DNA from: Phoronis australis
Lineage: Eukaryota > Animalia > Phoronida
Assembly (NCBI GenBank): GCA_002633005.1
Contig: NMRA01001082.1
Span: 6,134-58,768 of the forward strand
Length of the DNA: 52,635 nt
Direction: 5' to 3'
Shown here: piece after piece, positions 46,601 to 52,635 of the stretch
How positions within the stretch are numbered: the stretch's first letter is position 1
Layout: the number at the start of each line of letters is the position of its first letter
Notes under the pieces: generated by a model
What the model was told of the DNA's origin: nothing
Database searches by the model: none
What the model saw: only the letters and a program-made list of their open reading frames with translations
Translations under genes and position numbers: made by a program

Positions 46601-48974
46601 TATCAAACCATAAGGTGTCAGCTCGAACATAAACCTAAAATGCGCAACGTCAGAACAGCTAGAGTCTATCTTCGTTTACTTATATAACGGTTGCTAGAGA
46701 CTAGACGCGCTTTTTACACGAATTTTCTTACTACGATCCCCAATCTCAGGAAAAAGATATTTCACTATGATCATGAGTGTCTCGTGATTTTAATCACAGA
46801 ATGATATACTATAGACCTAATATGGACCACTGGCTGAGCTCACCGTGACCGTGAAAATCGGTTTTGTCGGTTTTGTTCCGCCTCGGACATATTCAGATTA
46901 GAAATTATTTTTTCTGAACTTGACAAGAAATGAAATTAAACGTCGTCATGGTTTCACATCGGACTAGTACATTTTTTTTTTACAGTTAGAGATTGGGGGA
47001 CTATACAGTCAGCTCTTATGAGCCGGCATCTGCATCAGTGTTGGGAATGTGGCCGACCTTTTATAACGAGGTACCGACGATGAGAGCTGTGACTTGTGTG
47101 TTCGCCGATTTTCGTAGTTCCTGCCTTTTAAGTGGACTGTTTTGTCTACAGGCAGACTTTTTTGCCCACTTCACCAAATATTGGGGGCCTCGGCATCACG
47201 GCATCCCAGGGCCGTAGGAAGCGGGGAGGCGGCGGGACTCCTCGGAGGGGGCCGGGGGACTCGGCAGTGACGGCATCCAGAACTAGTTTCGTTTCTGGTC
47301 TGTACCTCATGAGATCAACGCCGGGACACTGATTTTAAAAAATCCTGCCCGAATTAATTTCAGTCAAAGCTTCGTGTGTTGCGGAGATCACGAGACACGT
47401 AAGGAAGAGGAAGTTTCAAACGCCATGTTCGCAAAGTGATGAACAAATAAATAAATAAATAAATAAATACCGCATCATTTCTGCTCGTCCAGATGGGTAT
47501 CAGTTTTGAAGAAGTGAGTAACCTGCATGAAGATACCGCACCACAGACTATCATTTTTGGCCTTATAAGACAATTGTTTACAAAGTTGGCACAGCGAAAA
47601 AAAAATCAATTTCAAATGGAACATGAAAAGAGTATCACTTTTTAATTTATGGCGGCCTCGATAAGAAGTAGGCTTATGTGTACTCTTTCACGAAAATTTG
47701 GCACTGTGCAAGCCACGCCTTTTAAAATTAAAATTGCTTAATCTGGCGTTATTCATGCTTATTCTAAGTGCGTGCGCCTTATCCAAAACAATTTATTGAA
47801 GACAAATATCGCTACTACACTCGTCAACTCAACGTATCGTGATTAGGTCTATCAAGAAATTAGATTTAAACACCGAGAGTTGTGGCGCCATGCCAGCGTC
47901 TGCGAATTTATCGGTGTTGCCAAAAATCCTGACAAAAGTGTTGTGAGTTTTATGAATACGTTTTGGCCCCATATTAAATGGACACTTTCTACATAAGATC
48001 ATCAGGGCATCACAAAAGTTTGTAACTGCGCCCCCTGTAGTAGTATTATTTTGTTAAAAAATACGTTTGAGCCTATGATCTTCATTTTTAAAAACGCCTT
48101 AAAACGGTTTTTAACGCATTAGTCATTGAGTCAAAACTTAAGCCCAAATCATGATCAATCAACATAATTCAAAATATTTTTAAACAGTATTGTTAAATAC
48201 AGTTAAAGTAGTTTTTTGCTTAATTTTTATTTCAGTGGTGCCCCACAATCTAAAATGGACGCATCAGTGAAGGTCAGCTAACTCGTGCATCGTGTGTAAT
48301 CGGGGTAAAGTTCAGGACCTACGCTAGGATCTTGGTAAAAAGCAACACTTCGCGATATTACGCGAAATATCACCGTGTATTTTAAATTAGAACGCGTGAT
48401 TCTTTATAATAGTGATATTTTTCGACTAACGAAACTCATCCTGTATTCTAAATTGGTAAATGTAAAGACAAGTGTGTCTATAAGCACATTATTTAATAAA
48501 TAATCATGAGAAAGTGAAAGTGATAAGTTACTTACGCTTTCGATAAGTCCCATTTATCAGGATTTGTAACCACTGTGAAAATAAAAGTTGTTCTTTAATA
48601 AACCAACACAGATATGGTATCAATTATCAAGAAAAAGTGATAAACAACTGTTACAGGCTGTGTTATTTTGGTAATAGAGCAAATGAACTGGATCTCCGAA
48701 GTCACAGTCGTTGTTTCATATGTGAACAAGATGTCACAAACCAAAACTGACTTATCGAGGAAAAATCAGTCAGTGTTGCCACAATTAGAATTATTTCGAG
48801 AAATAACTAACGCAGTGAAAACCAAGTTATTTTATCAAGCAAATTGCGTCTCATTTAAAATTATAACAGCTCACGGATATCTTTCCCCGTCAGGCTCTGT
48901 GAAACACTGTCCACATGAAGTGAATTCAGCGTGCCGCTAATTTCATCAATGTTCTCTTGGTGGCGAATTCGTAA
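1562..48974 (-). CDS. Giant multi-exon gene (partial at both ends): uncharacterised protein with a vitellogenin/LLTP-like N-terminus, M23-like, PAN and FN3-like domains
   Basis: 45 exons with GT/AG boundaries whose phases chain into one open frame (~2,480 aa), counting the displaced exon at 52208-52262 and one copy of the duplicated exon. Motifs include LHALGNA, IVAPVTG...AGEQIG...VDP, CAKKC...C.SM.Y....C.L and repeated D.TPP..G.V.DG / W..F.D..SG. Confidence 0.9.
1965..2235 (-). CDS. Exon (GFADPESNITKF...VRVAAENGA...SNGYVIDLTPP...PGG)
   Basis: gacag/gtaatc; phase 1-2. Confidence 0.9.
2816..2926 (-). CDS. Exon (VRVDLTPPTKGTVTDGRDGLDDIMF...AQWD)
   Basis: ttcag/gtttgt; phase 1-1. Confidence 0.9.
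3236..3429 (-). CDS. Exon (YYLRMGSTPGGYDL...LTHNSMYYTMVTASNRG...SSDG)
   Basis: ttcag/gtgagt; phase 2-1; FN3-like L....Y...V.A.N..G. Confidence 0.9.
4815..4992 (-). CDS. Exon (VELFVAGHGESPLLVDKSPPIAGDVYDG...WQNFFDPHSGIL)
   Basis: taaag/gtaagt; phase 1-2; canonical repeat motif. Confidence 0.9.
5164..5692. repeat. Compound minisatellite: ~84-bp unit followed by a ~38-bp subunit array
   Basis: AACCCTTTCACATTCACAGTAACATGGAATTACTTGAC core occurs in both. Confidence 0.92.
5791..5967 (-). CDS. Exon (GLSLVEFGLGRSKYDVKL...AWIRMQVLNN)
   Basis: aacag/gtaaag; phase 1-1. Confidence 0.9.
6221..6389 (-). CDS. Exon (GLNNVIFGGSLVTTVCHSRPLTIDITPP...AYDSLS)
   Basis: tccag/gtaaag; phase 0-1. Confidence 0.9.
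6821..7023 (-). CDS. Exon (ANWDEYEDKDSGMFGYTWKAG...GPYYFTVQ)
   Basis: tacag/gtgcgt; phase 1-0; W...D..SG...Y motif. Confidence 0.9.
7498..7820. repeat. 40-bp minisatellite, 8 copies, overlapping the exon end and splice donor
   Basis: TTCAGTATTGAAGACACATTACCATTGAGATAACTTGTAG unit. Confidence 0.95.
7803..8058 (-). CDS. Exon (NFINPGPGRCTIIDFTPPDP...IIDGP...SYLN)
   Basis: ttcag/gtaatg; phase 0-1; D.TPP motif. Confidence 0.88.
8665..8808 (-). CDS. Exon (VYLKQSAGWLYYERLNLG...ITNSLGYR)
   Basis: tatag/gtgagc; phase 0-0; YYER is typical of PAN C-termini. Confidence 0.87.
9373..9573 (-). CDS. Exon encoding a PAN/apple-like domain (SPAACAKKCLNYGRKCISMEYDVVNKACLLQS)
   Basis: ttcag/gtaagt; PAN cysteine spacing C-x3-C-x6-C-x11-C. 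Confidence 0.9.
10092..10239 (-). CDS. Duplicate of the same exon (...PTLNILE); only one copy can be used in frame
   Basis: Near-identical to 12480-12627; 148 nt, so including both copies shifts the frame. Confidence 0.7.
12480..12627 (-). CDS. Exon (GSVIAFEDSPIKVESLAHGLG...PTLNTLE), copy in the second duplicated block
   Basis: tacag/gtgtgt; phase 2-0. Confidence 0.75.
14428..14770. repeat. Degenerate ~44-bp tandem repeat derived from an exon end and donor
   Basis: Recurring ACTTACTG.ATGACCCTAGGGTTAGC..AGTAC. Confidence 0.8.
14727..14929 (-). CDS. Exon (DWTQMSATNAVVEAKMPGG...TVRAKNEQG...DNTLPEG...KVI)
   Basis: tttag/gtaagt; phase 0-2; F.V.A.N..G FN3 motif. Confidence 0.88.
15396..15524 (-). 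CDS. Exon (VAQLTDLDVTDTQFELEV...YAVGTYKGGNDAI), FN3-like
   Basis: tacag/gtaagt; phase 0-0; Y.VGT..GG.D repeat motif. Confidence 0.88.
16322..16556 (-). CDS. Exon (GGMDLILTPLRLELTAFVE...DKSPPQF...TRRSGQPCK)
   Basis: tccag/gtacag; phase 2-0. Confidence 0.87.
18870..19098 (-). CDS. Exon (EFGAGGSLGAFMGIKLC...QQFPLDL), Gly-rich beta strands
   Basis: tgaag/gtgagt; phase 1-2. Confidence 0.87.
19517..19682 (-). CDS. Exon (MNMVEYLVSAVFGTAGEFPGGSEFC...FMAGPVPIKI)
   Basis: tccag/gtgagt; phase 0-1. Confidence 0.87.
20152..20471. other. Assembly gap
   Basis: Run of N. Confidence 1.
20472..20700. repeat. 38-bp minisatellite abutting an N-gap
   Basis: AGGATGCTGTTGGTCGAGAACATGTCACATCAAATGAC unit. Confidence 0.93.
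21178..21399 (-). CDS. Exon (EETKEIDVDVSNTMD...IQLCSSFMTTCIP...LKCNVKS)
   Basis: tgcag acceptor is clear; donor uncertain (gtacat, or gtaaaa 10 nt upstream). Confidence 0.8.
21625..21840 (-). CDS. Exon (KCPHFLGGIMTGFNVYCEPHFDCLGLTCAV...MTLA), Cys-rich
   Basis: ttttag/gtgagt; phase 1-1. Confidence 0.88.
22363..22494 (-). CDS. Exon (DKFSMTNPQTWSPST...FQAIYG)
   Basis: ttcag/gtaagc; phase 1-1. Confidence 0.83.
23239..23632. repeat. 28-bp minisatellite, ~14 copies
   Basis: CACTGGAGTATTGAC(G/C)TGACAAGACATC unit. Confidence 0.95.
23840..23985 (-). CDS. Exon (TSKIWKIAERFDVGHYTL...KKMQVCA)
   Basis: tccag/gtagga; phase 2-1. Confidence 0.8.
24070..25400 (+). mobile_element. Degenerate, 5'-truncated Penelope-like retroelement (reverse transcriptase plus GIY-YIG endonuclease) in an intron, antisense to the host gene
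   Basis: Translates with frameshifts and stops to FLQEDGV/GSPLGPTFAEFY, YVRYVDDIF, PFLDVLI and TSVYHKPT, then FEFTCP...NYIGHT..SL.RR...H...GSI.DH...H...LESL (C-terminal GIY-YIG); boundaries approximate. Confidence 0.9.
25330..25370 (+). ncRNA. Putative minimal hammerhead ribozyme core in the Penelope 3' repeat region
   Basis: CTGAAGA-T-GAGAT(atgt)GTCTC-GAAA: conserved boxes flanking a paired stem II, located where PLEs are known to carry hammerheads. Confidence 0.5.
26108..26233 (-). CDS. Exon (YRAPEEPYRPANVDV...ALLGG)
   Basis: ctaag/gtaagt; phase 2-2. Confidence 0.82.
26623..26821. repeat. 38-bp minisatellite, ~5 copies
   Basis: CTGGTACACTCATGGTGGGCACTTGGAGTGTGTTTTTA unit. Confidence 0.93.
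27177..27370 (+). mobile_element. tRNA-derived SINE-like element, copy 1
   Basis: A-box-like CAGTGGCCTAATG and B-box GGTTCAAACC; clear homology to 31801-31975. Confidence 0.6.
27446..27576 (-). CDS. Exon (ECNDRIITHLGKRADSG...GEFMN)
   Basis: tgtag/gtgagg; phase 0-2. Confidence 0.85.
28797..29060. repeat. 66-bp minisatellite, 4 copies
   Basis: CTTCCTCATATCTGTGATTGCTTGG...GTGAACATGAC unit. Confidence 0.95.
29738..29969 (-). CDS. Exon (AVTVNGKPAKAGEQIGTMQ...WVDPTKY...RWVQ), end of the M23-like domain
   Basis: aacag/gtgagg; phase 2-0; KAGEQIG and VDP..Y motifs. Confidence 0.88.
30378..30505 (-). CDS. Exon (IVAPVTGVYFYEKL...LYNVKHLR), M23-like
   Basis: tgtag/gtatgt; phase 0-2; V.AP..G motif. 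Confidence 0.88.
30751..30858. repeat. 13-bp minisatellite, ~8 copies
   Basis: GTGACCGGGAACC unit. Confidence 0.9.
31056..31245 (-). CDS. Exon (VAKAKDTFNMLFGAKFHKKFPRTRR...EGIGIMLTADAGQK), start of the M23-like domain
   Basis: cacag/gtgagt; phase 2-0. Confidence 0.88.
31514..31762. repeat. 25-bp minisatellite, ~10 copies
   Basis: GGCTATCCCTTCTCAGGCAATACAT unit. Confidence 0.95.
31801..31975 (+). mobile_element. tRNA-derived SINE-like element, copy 2
   Basis: GATGACTCAGTGGCCTA...GAGTGCTGGA.TGACAACCAAAA...CCCAGG.T.AAACCC shared with copy 1, plus a downstream CCTGAAGATGAT. Confidence 0.6.
32263..32420 (-). CDS. Exon (GQQQKEVGMKFISALSNLLEPF...IDTIKT)
   Basis: tctag/gtaagt; phase 0-2; amphipathic helix. 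Confidence 0.87.
33015..33243 (-). CDS. Exon (VAMAMFMLMGAKKRVE...GLKSM)
   Basis: cccag/gtgagt; phase 2-0. Confidence 0.88.
33416..33558 (-). CDS. Exon (TILDAIQVTIPYAIEQF...GQAFI)
   Basis: ttcag/gtaggt; phase 0-2. Confidence 0.88.
34050..35167 (+). mobile_element. Non-autonomous Helentron/HINE-like (pearl-type) element with internal tandem core repeats
   Basis: Two ~445-bp internal repeats built from GCCACTAGG.GGCGC submotifs, a (GGAC)n microsatellite and a terminal palindrome ATGCGTCCACA...TGTGGGCGCAT followed by an A-run. Confidence 0.6.
35433..35624 (-). CDS. Exon (ALFKSFAQTIIDLP...DIENFVT)
   Basis: tgcag acceptor; donor gtaacg (an alternative in-frame donor lies 6 nt upstream). Confidence 0.85.
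36326..36463 (-). CDS. Exon (EFGINSVQDLVNIFD...QGGFG)
   Basis: ttcag/gtaagt; phase 0-0. Confidence 0.88.
37010..37155 (-). CDS. Exon (KPLEGMFMIDVYDTAYAEANLG...NLNMAK)
   Basis: ttcag/gtaatt; phase 1-0. Confidence 0.88.
37723..37904 (-). CDS. Exon (RNASLVIPSNRDKRGIQDF...GASFGIILRNKMSLDL)
   Basis: tgcag/gtgagt; phase 2-1. Confidence 0.88.
38482..38612 (-). CDS. Exon (SAEVLITLAFHDHHDVVRQQAY...VIL)
   Basis: ttaag/gtaaat; phase 0-2. Confidence 0.85.
38685..38913. repeat. 44-bp minisatellite, 5 copies
   Basis: AACAGTCACCATAGAGTAGATGGACATTCAATGTTCATTTTGTA unit. Confidence 0.95.
39610..39806 (-). CDS. Exon (DRTKRSADD...LHALGNAAH...WRRAALEAM...HDE)
   Basis: ttcag/gtaaga; ALGNA and R.AA..A motifs of the vitellogenin/MTP helical domain. 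Confidence 0.9.
40509..40667 (-). CDS. Exon (GMDIVLPGKTNETEMLRRACLTLGGMASSL...WLERHN)
   Basis: tgtag/gtaaac; phase 1-1; A.L.LG LLTP-like helix. Confidence 0.88.
41325..41640. repeat. 70-bp minisatellite on the left of the N-gap
   Basis: CACTAAACATGTGTCTATAATTATAATAGCTCCAAAAATGGGATTGGCCTTATACACGGGGCTTATATCT unit. Confidence 0.95.
41641..41825. other. Assembly gap
   Basis: Run of N. Confidence 1.
41826..42435. repeat. Perfect 14-bp minisatellite, ~43 copies, on the right of the N-gap
   Basis: CCAGATGCAGACAA unit. Confidence 0.97.
42695..42984 (-). CDS. Exon (NTNRTECIRRLRVTL...FHFLVLEHPIE), helical region
   Basis: tacag/gtgatg; phase 1-0; MIDMIAALDTPISQ resembles the LLTP helical domain. Confidence 0.88.
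43369..43456 (-). CDS. Exon (PKAKVITDSDAAMLDIEKEMNCSRVTPVK)
   Basis: tgcag/gtatga; phase 0-1. Confidence 0.8.
44361..44482 (-). CDS. Exon (DFPTLYTMSHTHLHL...IEVEQ)
   Basis: ttcag/gtgagc; phase 1-0. Confidence 0.85.
44929..45076 (-). CDS. Exon (TLHVNHEGTIHRVESVDKIVLKNR...SSG)
   Basis: actag/gtgagt; phase 0-1. Confidence 0.85.
45801..45947 (-). CDS. Exon (PRDTKKFKKREVDHTGSGEYTYEV...HDK)
   Basis: ttttag/gtttgt; phase 0-0; E.D..G....Y.V LLTP-like motif. Confidence 0.85.
46514..46634 (-). CDS. Exon (FMFELTPYGLIEFVHVHPEEHDEVSMLKKAITSLLIAHKS), vitellogenin-N-like beta region
   Basis: ttttag/gtaagc; resembles the LLTP pattern F.F....G.I......E.....KK.I.SLL. Confidence 0.85.
48536..48572 (-). CDS. 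Small exon (LVTNPDKWDLSKA)
   Basis: cacag/gtaagt; phase 1 to 2 links both neighbours. Confidence 0.7.
48875..48974 (-). CDS. Exon (LRIRHQENIDEISGTLNSLHVDSVSQSLTGKDI), N-terminal region
   Basis: ttcag acceptor, gtgagc donor; its phase-1 end joins the next exon in frame. Confidence 0.65.
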
Positions 48975-50769
48975 CTGAAATGTATGAATAAATGACTACC
49001 ACTGTCTGTATTCTCAGCCTTGCGGATAAAACAACGACTTTTTTCAAGTTCAACATATATTCCCATCTTGCATACCTGTAGCAGAATGGAAAACAATAAA
49101 ATAAAATACAGTCAAATAAAACATGTTTCAATCAAGAGTCTGTAAATCGTACATGTACCGATTGTCCATCAAATGTTTCAATGAAACATATGATGCAGAC
49201 CTGAAAATACGAGAGCACGAGATAACAATGGAACGGAAAAAATTGAAATGGAGAAGAAAGGGAGGGGGGCTAGATGTAGAACAAAACGTGTTAAATCTCA
49301 TCGCAAAATTAAGTTAAAAATTTGACTAAGCTGAATTGACTGCTTTGCGTTATGAGAATGAAAATAAAAGAGGTTGCGTTCGTAGAGAGATTTATACGTA
49401 TTTTGTAACTTAGCGGATATGTACTACAATAACTGGACACCCTGAGCTCACTGAGTTATTCGGTTCACGTTTACTATCACGTTCAGGTTAACATTTACCT
49501 GTTGCGAAACCCATTTTTCTTACCGTAACGTGAATCGGCACGTGCAATTATAGGCCTATATGCGTTCAGGTCGCTTTGCGAAACCTCTCTCGGGTTTACG
49601 TCTAAGCCAACAATGACATGTATGACGGGGTATTAAATGCATAAAACATCGCGTTCAAGTCGCTTTGCAAAACCTCTCTATTACATGGACAGTGCACCCT
49701 AGGGGGTTGCATAGCCCCCACTTTTTTCAGTTCTGGGCCTCGAATAGTCTATGGCCGGTGCAAAACAGGGGGCTGGAGGGGCTACAGTCTCCCTCCACTT
49801 TTTTCAGTGCTGCGCCGCCCATGATACATCGCGCGTAATCTCACAGTCTTGCTTTTCTAGCTAGGTCCTAGCTCTACTTTTACTCTACGCAGCACTAAAG
49901 AAAGGGTAATAATTCTACTGCATAGCGCGAATTCAATAGTCTATTGAAAACGATCGTGGAACAGTCAGGATAGAATAAGTGACAATTAACTCAAGCAACG
50001 TCAATGACTTAGCATACATATAAGTATTGACTTTTGAACGTAGTTTCGTGTGGCTTGGGTCGGGTCACATTAGTTTGCATTGGATGTTTCCATAAAGGAA
50101 CACATATTTTCGCCAAAGGATGGGTGGCAAATATGATCCAACAGTTTTGAATACAGGAGCCGTGTACTGGTATGAGGACGTAGTTTCCGATAATTATAGC
50201 AAATAAATTGGATTTACAAATGCAAATCAAAGTTGATAATTTCGGCAACGTTGTCAAGAGTACACCGAGTTAAAGAAATAGGGTTTACGTTGCACCAAAC
50301 AAGGTTCGCTAGGTTTGTTCGTCTTGCGTTTACACACGTGAACCTGGGTCACTTTTTCAATCCACTTCAAACGTTAAAACGCAATCGTCTGGTGACAAAC
50401 TCCATTCAAAATAAACCTCAAAAACAATAGAAACGGTCACTAGGTTTCGTGCACTACGTCAACTTTATTTTGCAATAGTAATTTGCTCAATCTAATTAAA
50501 AACAGTGCAGGAATTCTAAAGATACAATTAATTAAATATAAAACGCAAAACTGCCACTAAGTGCACAGCGTTGGTTGAGATCTGTCCAAATGTCATCATT
50601 CCTTGTAGACTTCATACAGATACACTTAAGGCTACAAAGTGAACAAAGATCCTGCAGAGGGTTGAGTAGATACAGCCATGGACGACAAAATGTCACTTGA
50701 GTAGTTACGGTTCTCGAAACTGTTCGAAAATATTGTATGAACACAGATGTTAATTTTCATAGTCACCTT

Positions 50770-51125
50770 TAAAATGTTTTGACAGATCTAGAGGATCAGA
50801 GGCAAAAAACAGACTCGAAAACAATATTATGTGGCACACAAGACGTCAAGTCCATTCCAAAACTTAAAGGTGGAGCCATATTCTTAATACATACTTATTA
50901 GTCAAATGTCGTGCAAATTTGTTAAGGAACTCTATAGATATAGAGGCAAATGTTAAAAACAAAATCGCCACTGGGGGACACACCGGTACTGAATGGGATC
51001 CGTGCGAAAATTCACACGTGCTGCCCCATCCTTTTACGTATCATTTCCGCAAAATTCATGAGCATAGTTACATGACAATGTTTTGCAGACGCCGGCTGGA
51101 CGGACAGAGATGGCGGCATCAAGAC
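50770..51125 (+). mobile_element. Diverged partial copy of the 34-35 kb element family
   Basis: Shares cagactcgaaaaca, gccact.ggggacacacc, atccgt.cgaaa.ttc.cac and gacgccgg..ggacggac.gagatg.cggcat. Confidence 0.5.
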
Positions 51126-51776
51126 TAAGGAACTACTTTAAACTAAGATATTGTAGTGAATCTAAATGAGAATAAGTGGTTTGGGGGTAAGTCCTAGCGT
51201 TACTGATTTCAACCCAGGGTTAGAGCCGGTTTAAAGATGGGCTTAGGCGTTCTGAGAGCGAGTTTGATGTGTCATGCCGCTATAACAAGTCAGTGACACT
51301 ATCATGAAAACGCACCATTCATTCAATGGTTGATGTATCACCACGAGAATAGTTACGCGTCAGGTCAAATGCCTACTTGCGGTGTTGACACAAGAATGTC
51401 GCGCGCTGGAAGTTTTTGCGCAGAGATTGCACGTTGCTTGTAATGCTAGATGAGATGTTGAGTGAAGTTGTCATGACAACGGAACACACGGCTGGTTTTC
51501 CAACTGAGCAGGGGAAGTGGACCAAAATTGTCATCTCGCTGCATAAGACACGAGGATACCAGCACGTCTTATGAACCTCAGATCAATTTGTGCTGTGCAG
51601 TAACAGGTTAGCACCGTGACGACAAGAGAAATTGAAATACCCTTTTCTTTCACTGTAAAAAAAGTCTAGTTATACCTTATTTATATATTATTTATACCTT
51701 ATTAAACTGCCTTAATATTGTGTTGTCAGTTTACTAAGTCAGAACTTAAACAATTGTGAACAATGAGTTGGTTATA

Positions 51777-51920
51777 CACTAAACATGTGTCTATAATTAT
51801 AATAGCTCCAAAAATGGGATTGGCCTTATACACGGGGCTTATATCTCACTAAACATGTGTCTATAATTATAATAGCTCCAAAATATGGGATTGGCCTTAT
51901 ACACGGAGCTTATATCTCAC
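51777..51920. repeat. Two more copies of the 70-bp unit seen at 41325-41640
   Basis: Same unit sequence. Confidence 0.95.
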
Positions 51921-52207
51921 CTATGTGCATGGGAACATGGATGGGTTTCTATTTGAAGCCACTTTATCTACCTTGTGGCCAATAAAATTAGAACATGACT
52001 TGTACTTCACTTGCCATGTCAGGCTCTGTTTTCCAAGGCAGCTTTCTACTACAGAGAGATCTGTCTTATTTTTAGCAAAATCAGTTCGATTTGCCATAGT
52101 GGGCTTACAGCAGAGCAGACCTATGCTCTTAATAATGAAAGAAAAACTAAACATAGGGCTGAGCAGATACCACAATGTAGGCTGGAAATGATAAATGAAA
52201 TCCTTAC

Positions 52208-52262
52208 CATGATACTCCAACTGCTTGCCAAAGCAAAGATCTTCAACAGCCTTAACTGCAGC
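52208..52262 (-). CDS. Displaced exon (AAVKAVEDLCFGKQLEYHG) that belongs between exons 42695-42984 and 40509-40667
   Basis: ttacag/gtaagg; 55 nt, phase 0-1, exactly repairs the phase mismatch across the 41641-41825 gap; flanked by the same two minisatellites that flank that gap. Confidence 0.75.
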
Positions 52263-52580
52263 CTGTAATTAAGAAAATAAAATGTAACAACCACAATCAG
52301 CATCTGTCGTGAGGATCAATAAGCATTGTTAAGAGAATGTATGGAACAATGTCCCATGTCACATAAACCCTACAATTTTACAGTCCCATTTAATAGACTT
52401 AAAGAATATAATGGAACTACATCGTGATTTTAGGATCATGGGTTTATAGAAGGAGGCTCTCACTGAATTCCTCTGCAATGTTTTCATCATCCGGCACCCC
52501 CTAGACATGAACTGGGTGAACTCCTCATTACTCCAAATGAACCAGTATGATCGTTACTGAGATACAGATACACTCCATGC

Positions 52581-52635
52581 CAACCAGATGCAGACAACCA
52601 GATGCAGACAACCAGATGCAGACAACCAGATGCAG
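52581..52635. repeat. Start of a 14-bp CCAGATGCAGACAA array, the same unit as 41826-42435
   Basis: Same unit sequence; runs off the window end. Confidence 0.95.

Noticed and set aside
36326-46634. Calling the gene vitellogenin, apolipophorin or MTP
   Set aside because: Only N-terminal motifs resemble LLTPs; the downstream architecture differs and no vWD domain is visible, so no gene symbol is assigned.
47170-49830. GC-rich patches (47200-47280, 49690-49825) as promoter or CpG island
   Set aside because: They look more like decayed MITE ends; no paired TIRs or TSDs could be confirmed and no transcription start can be inferred.
51921-52120. Possible additional exon (GLLCCKPTMANR...)
   Set aside because: The frame is already restored by 52208-52262 alone, and the ORF reaches a stop right at the only strong GT donor.

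Overview
Animal (invertebrate-like, AT-rich) draft-assembly DNA with two N-gaps and one isolated n; it is not prokaryotic, so most ORFs in the track are exon fragments or noise. Almost the whole window is one very large minus-strand intron-rich gene. By hand I traced 45 GT-AG exons (~7.45 kb CDS, ~2,480 aa); the 5' end is unresolved near 49 kb and the 3' end runs off the window start. Splice phases are consistent except across the 20.15-20.47 kb gap. The inferred order is: vitellogenin/large-lipid-transfer-like N-terminal beta and helical region, furin-type sites, a degenerate M23/LECT2-like domain, a Cys-rich region, a Gly-rich beta-strand region, then FN3-like repeats with an embedded PAN/apple domain. 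Two assembly anomalies affect the gene: a ~2.3 kb tandem duplication joined by a single n (9.5-14.2 kb), and a segment at 51.8-52.6 kb that appears to belong in the 41.6 kb gap and carries an exon needed to keep the reading frame. The introns contain a decayed Penelope-like retroelement with a hammerhead-like motif, two tRNA-headed SINE-like copies, a Helentron/HINE-like element and many distinct minisatellites, some seeded from exon-donor junctions. Domain names come from motif recognition, not database searches.
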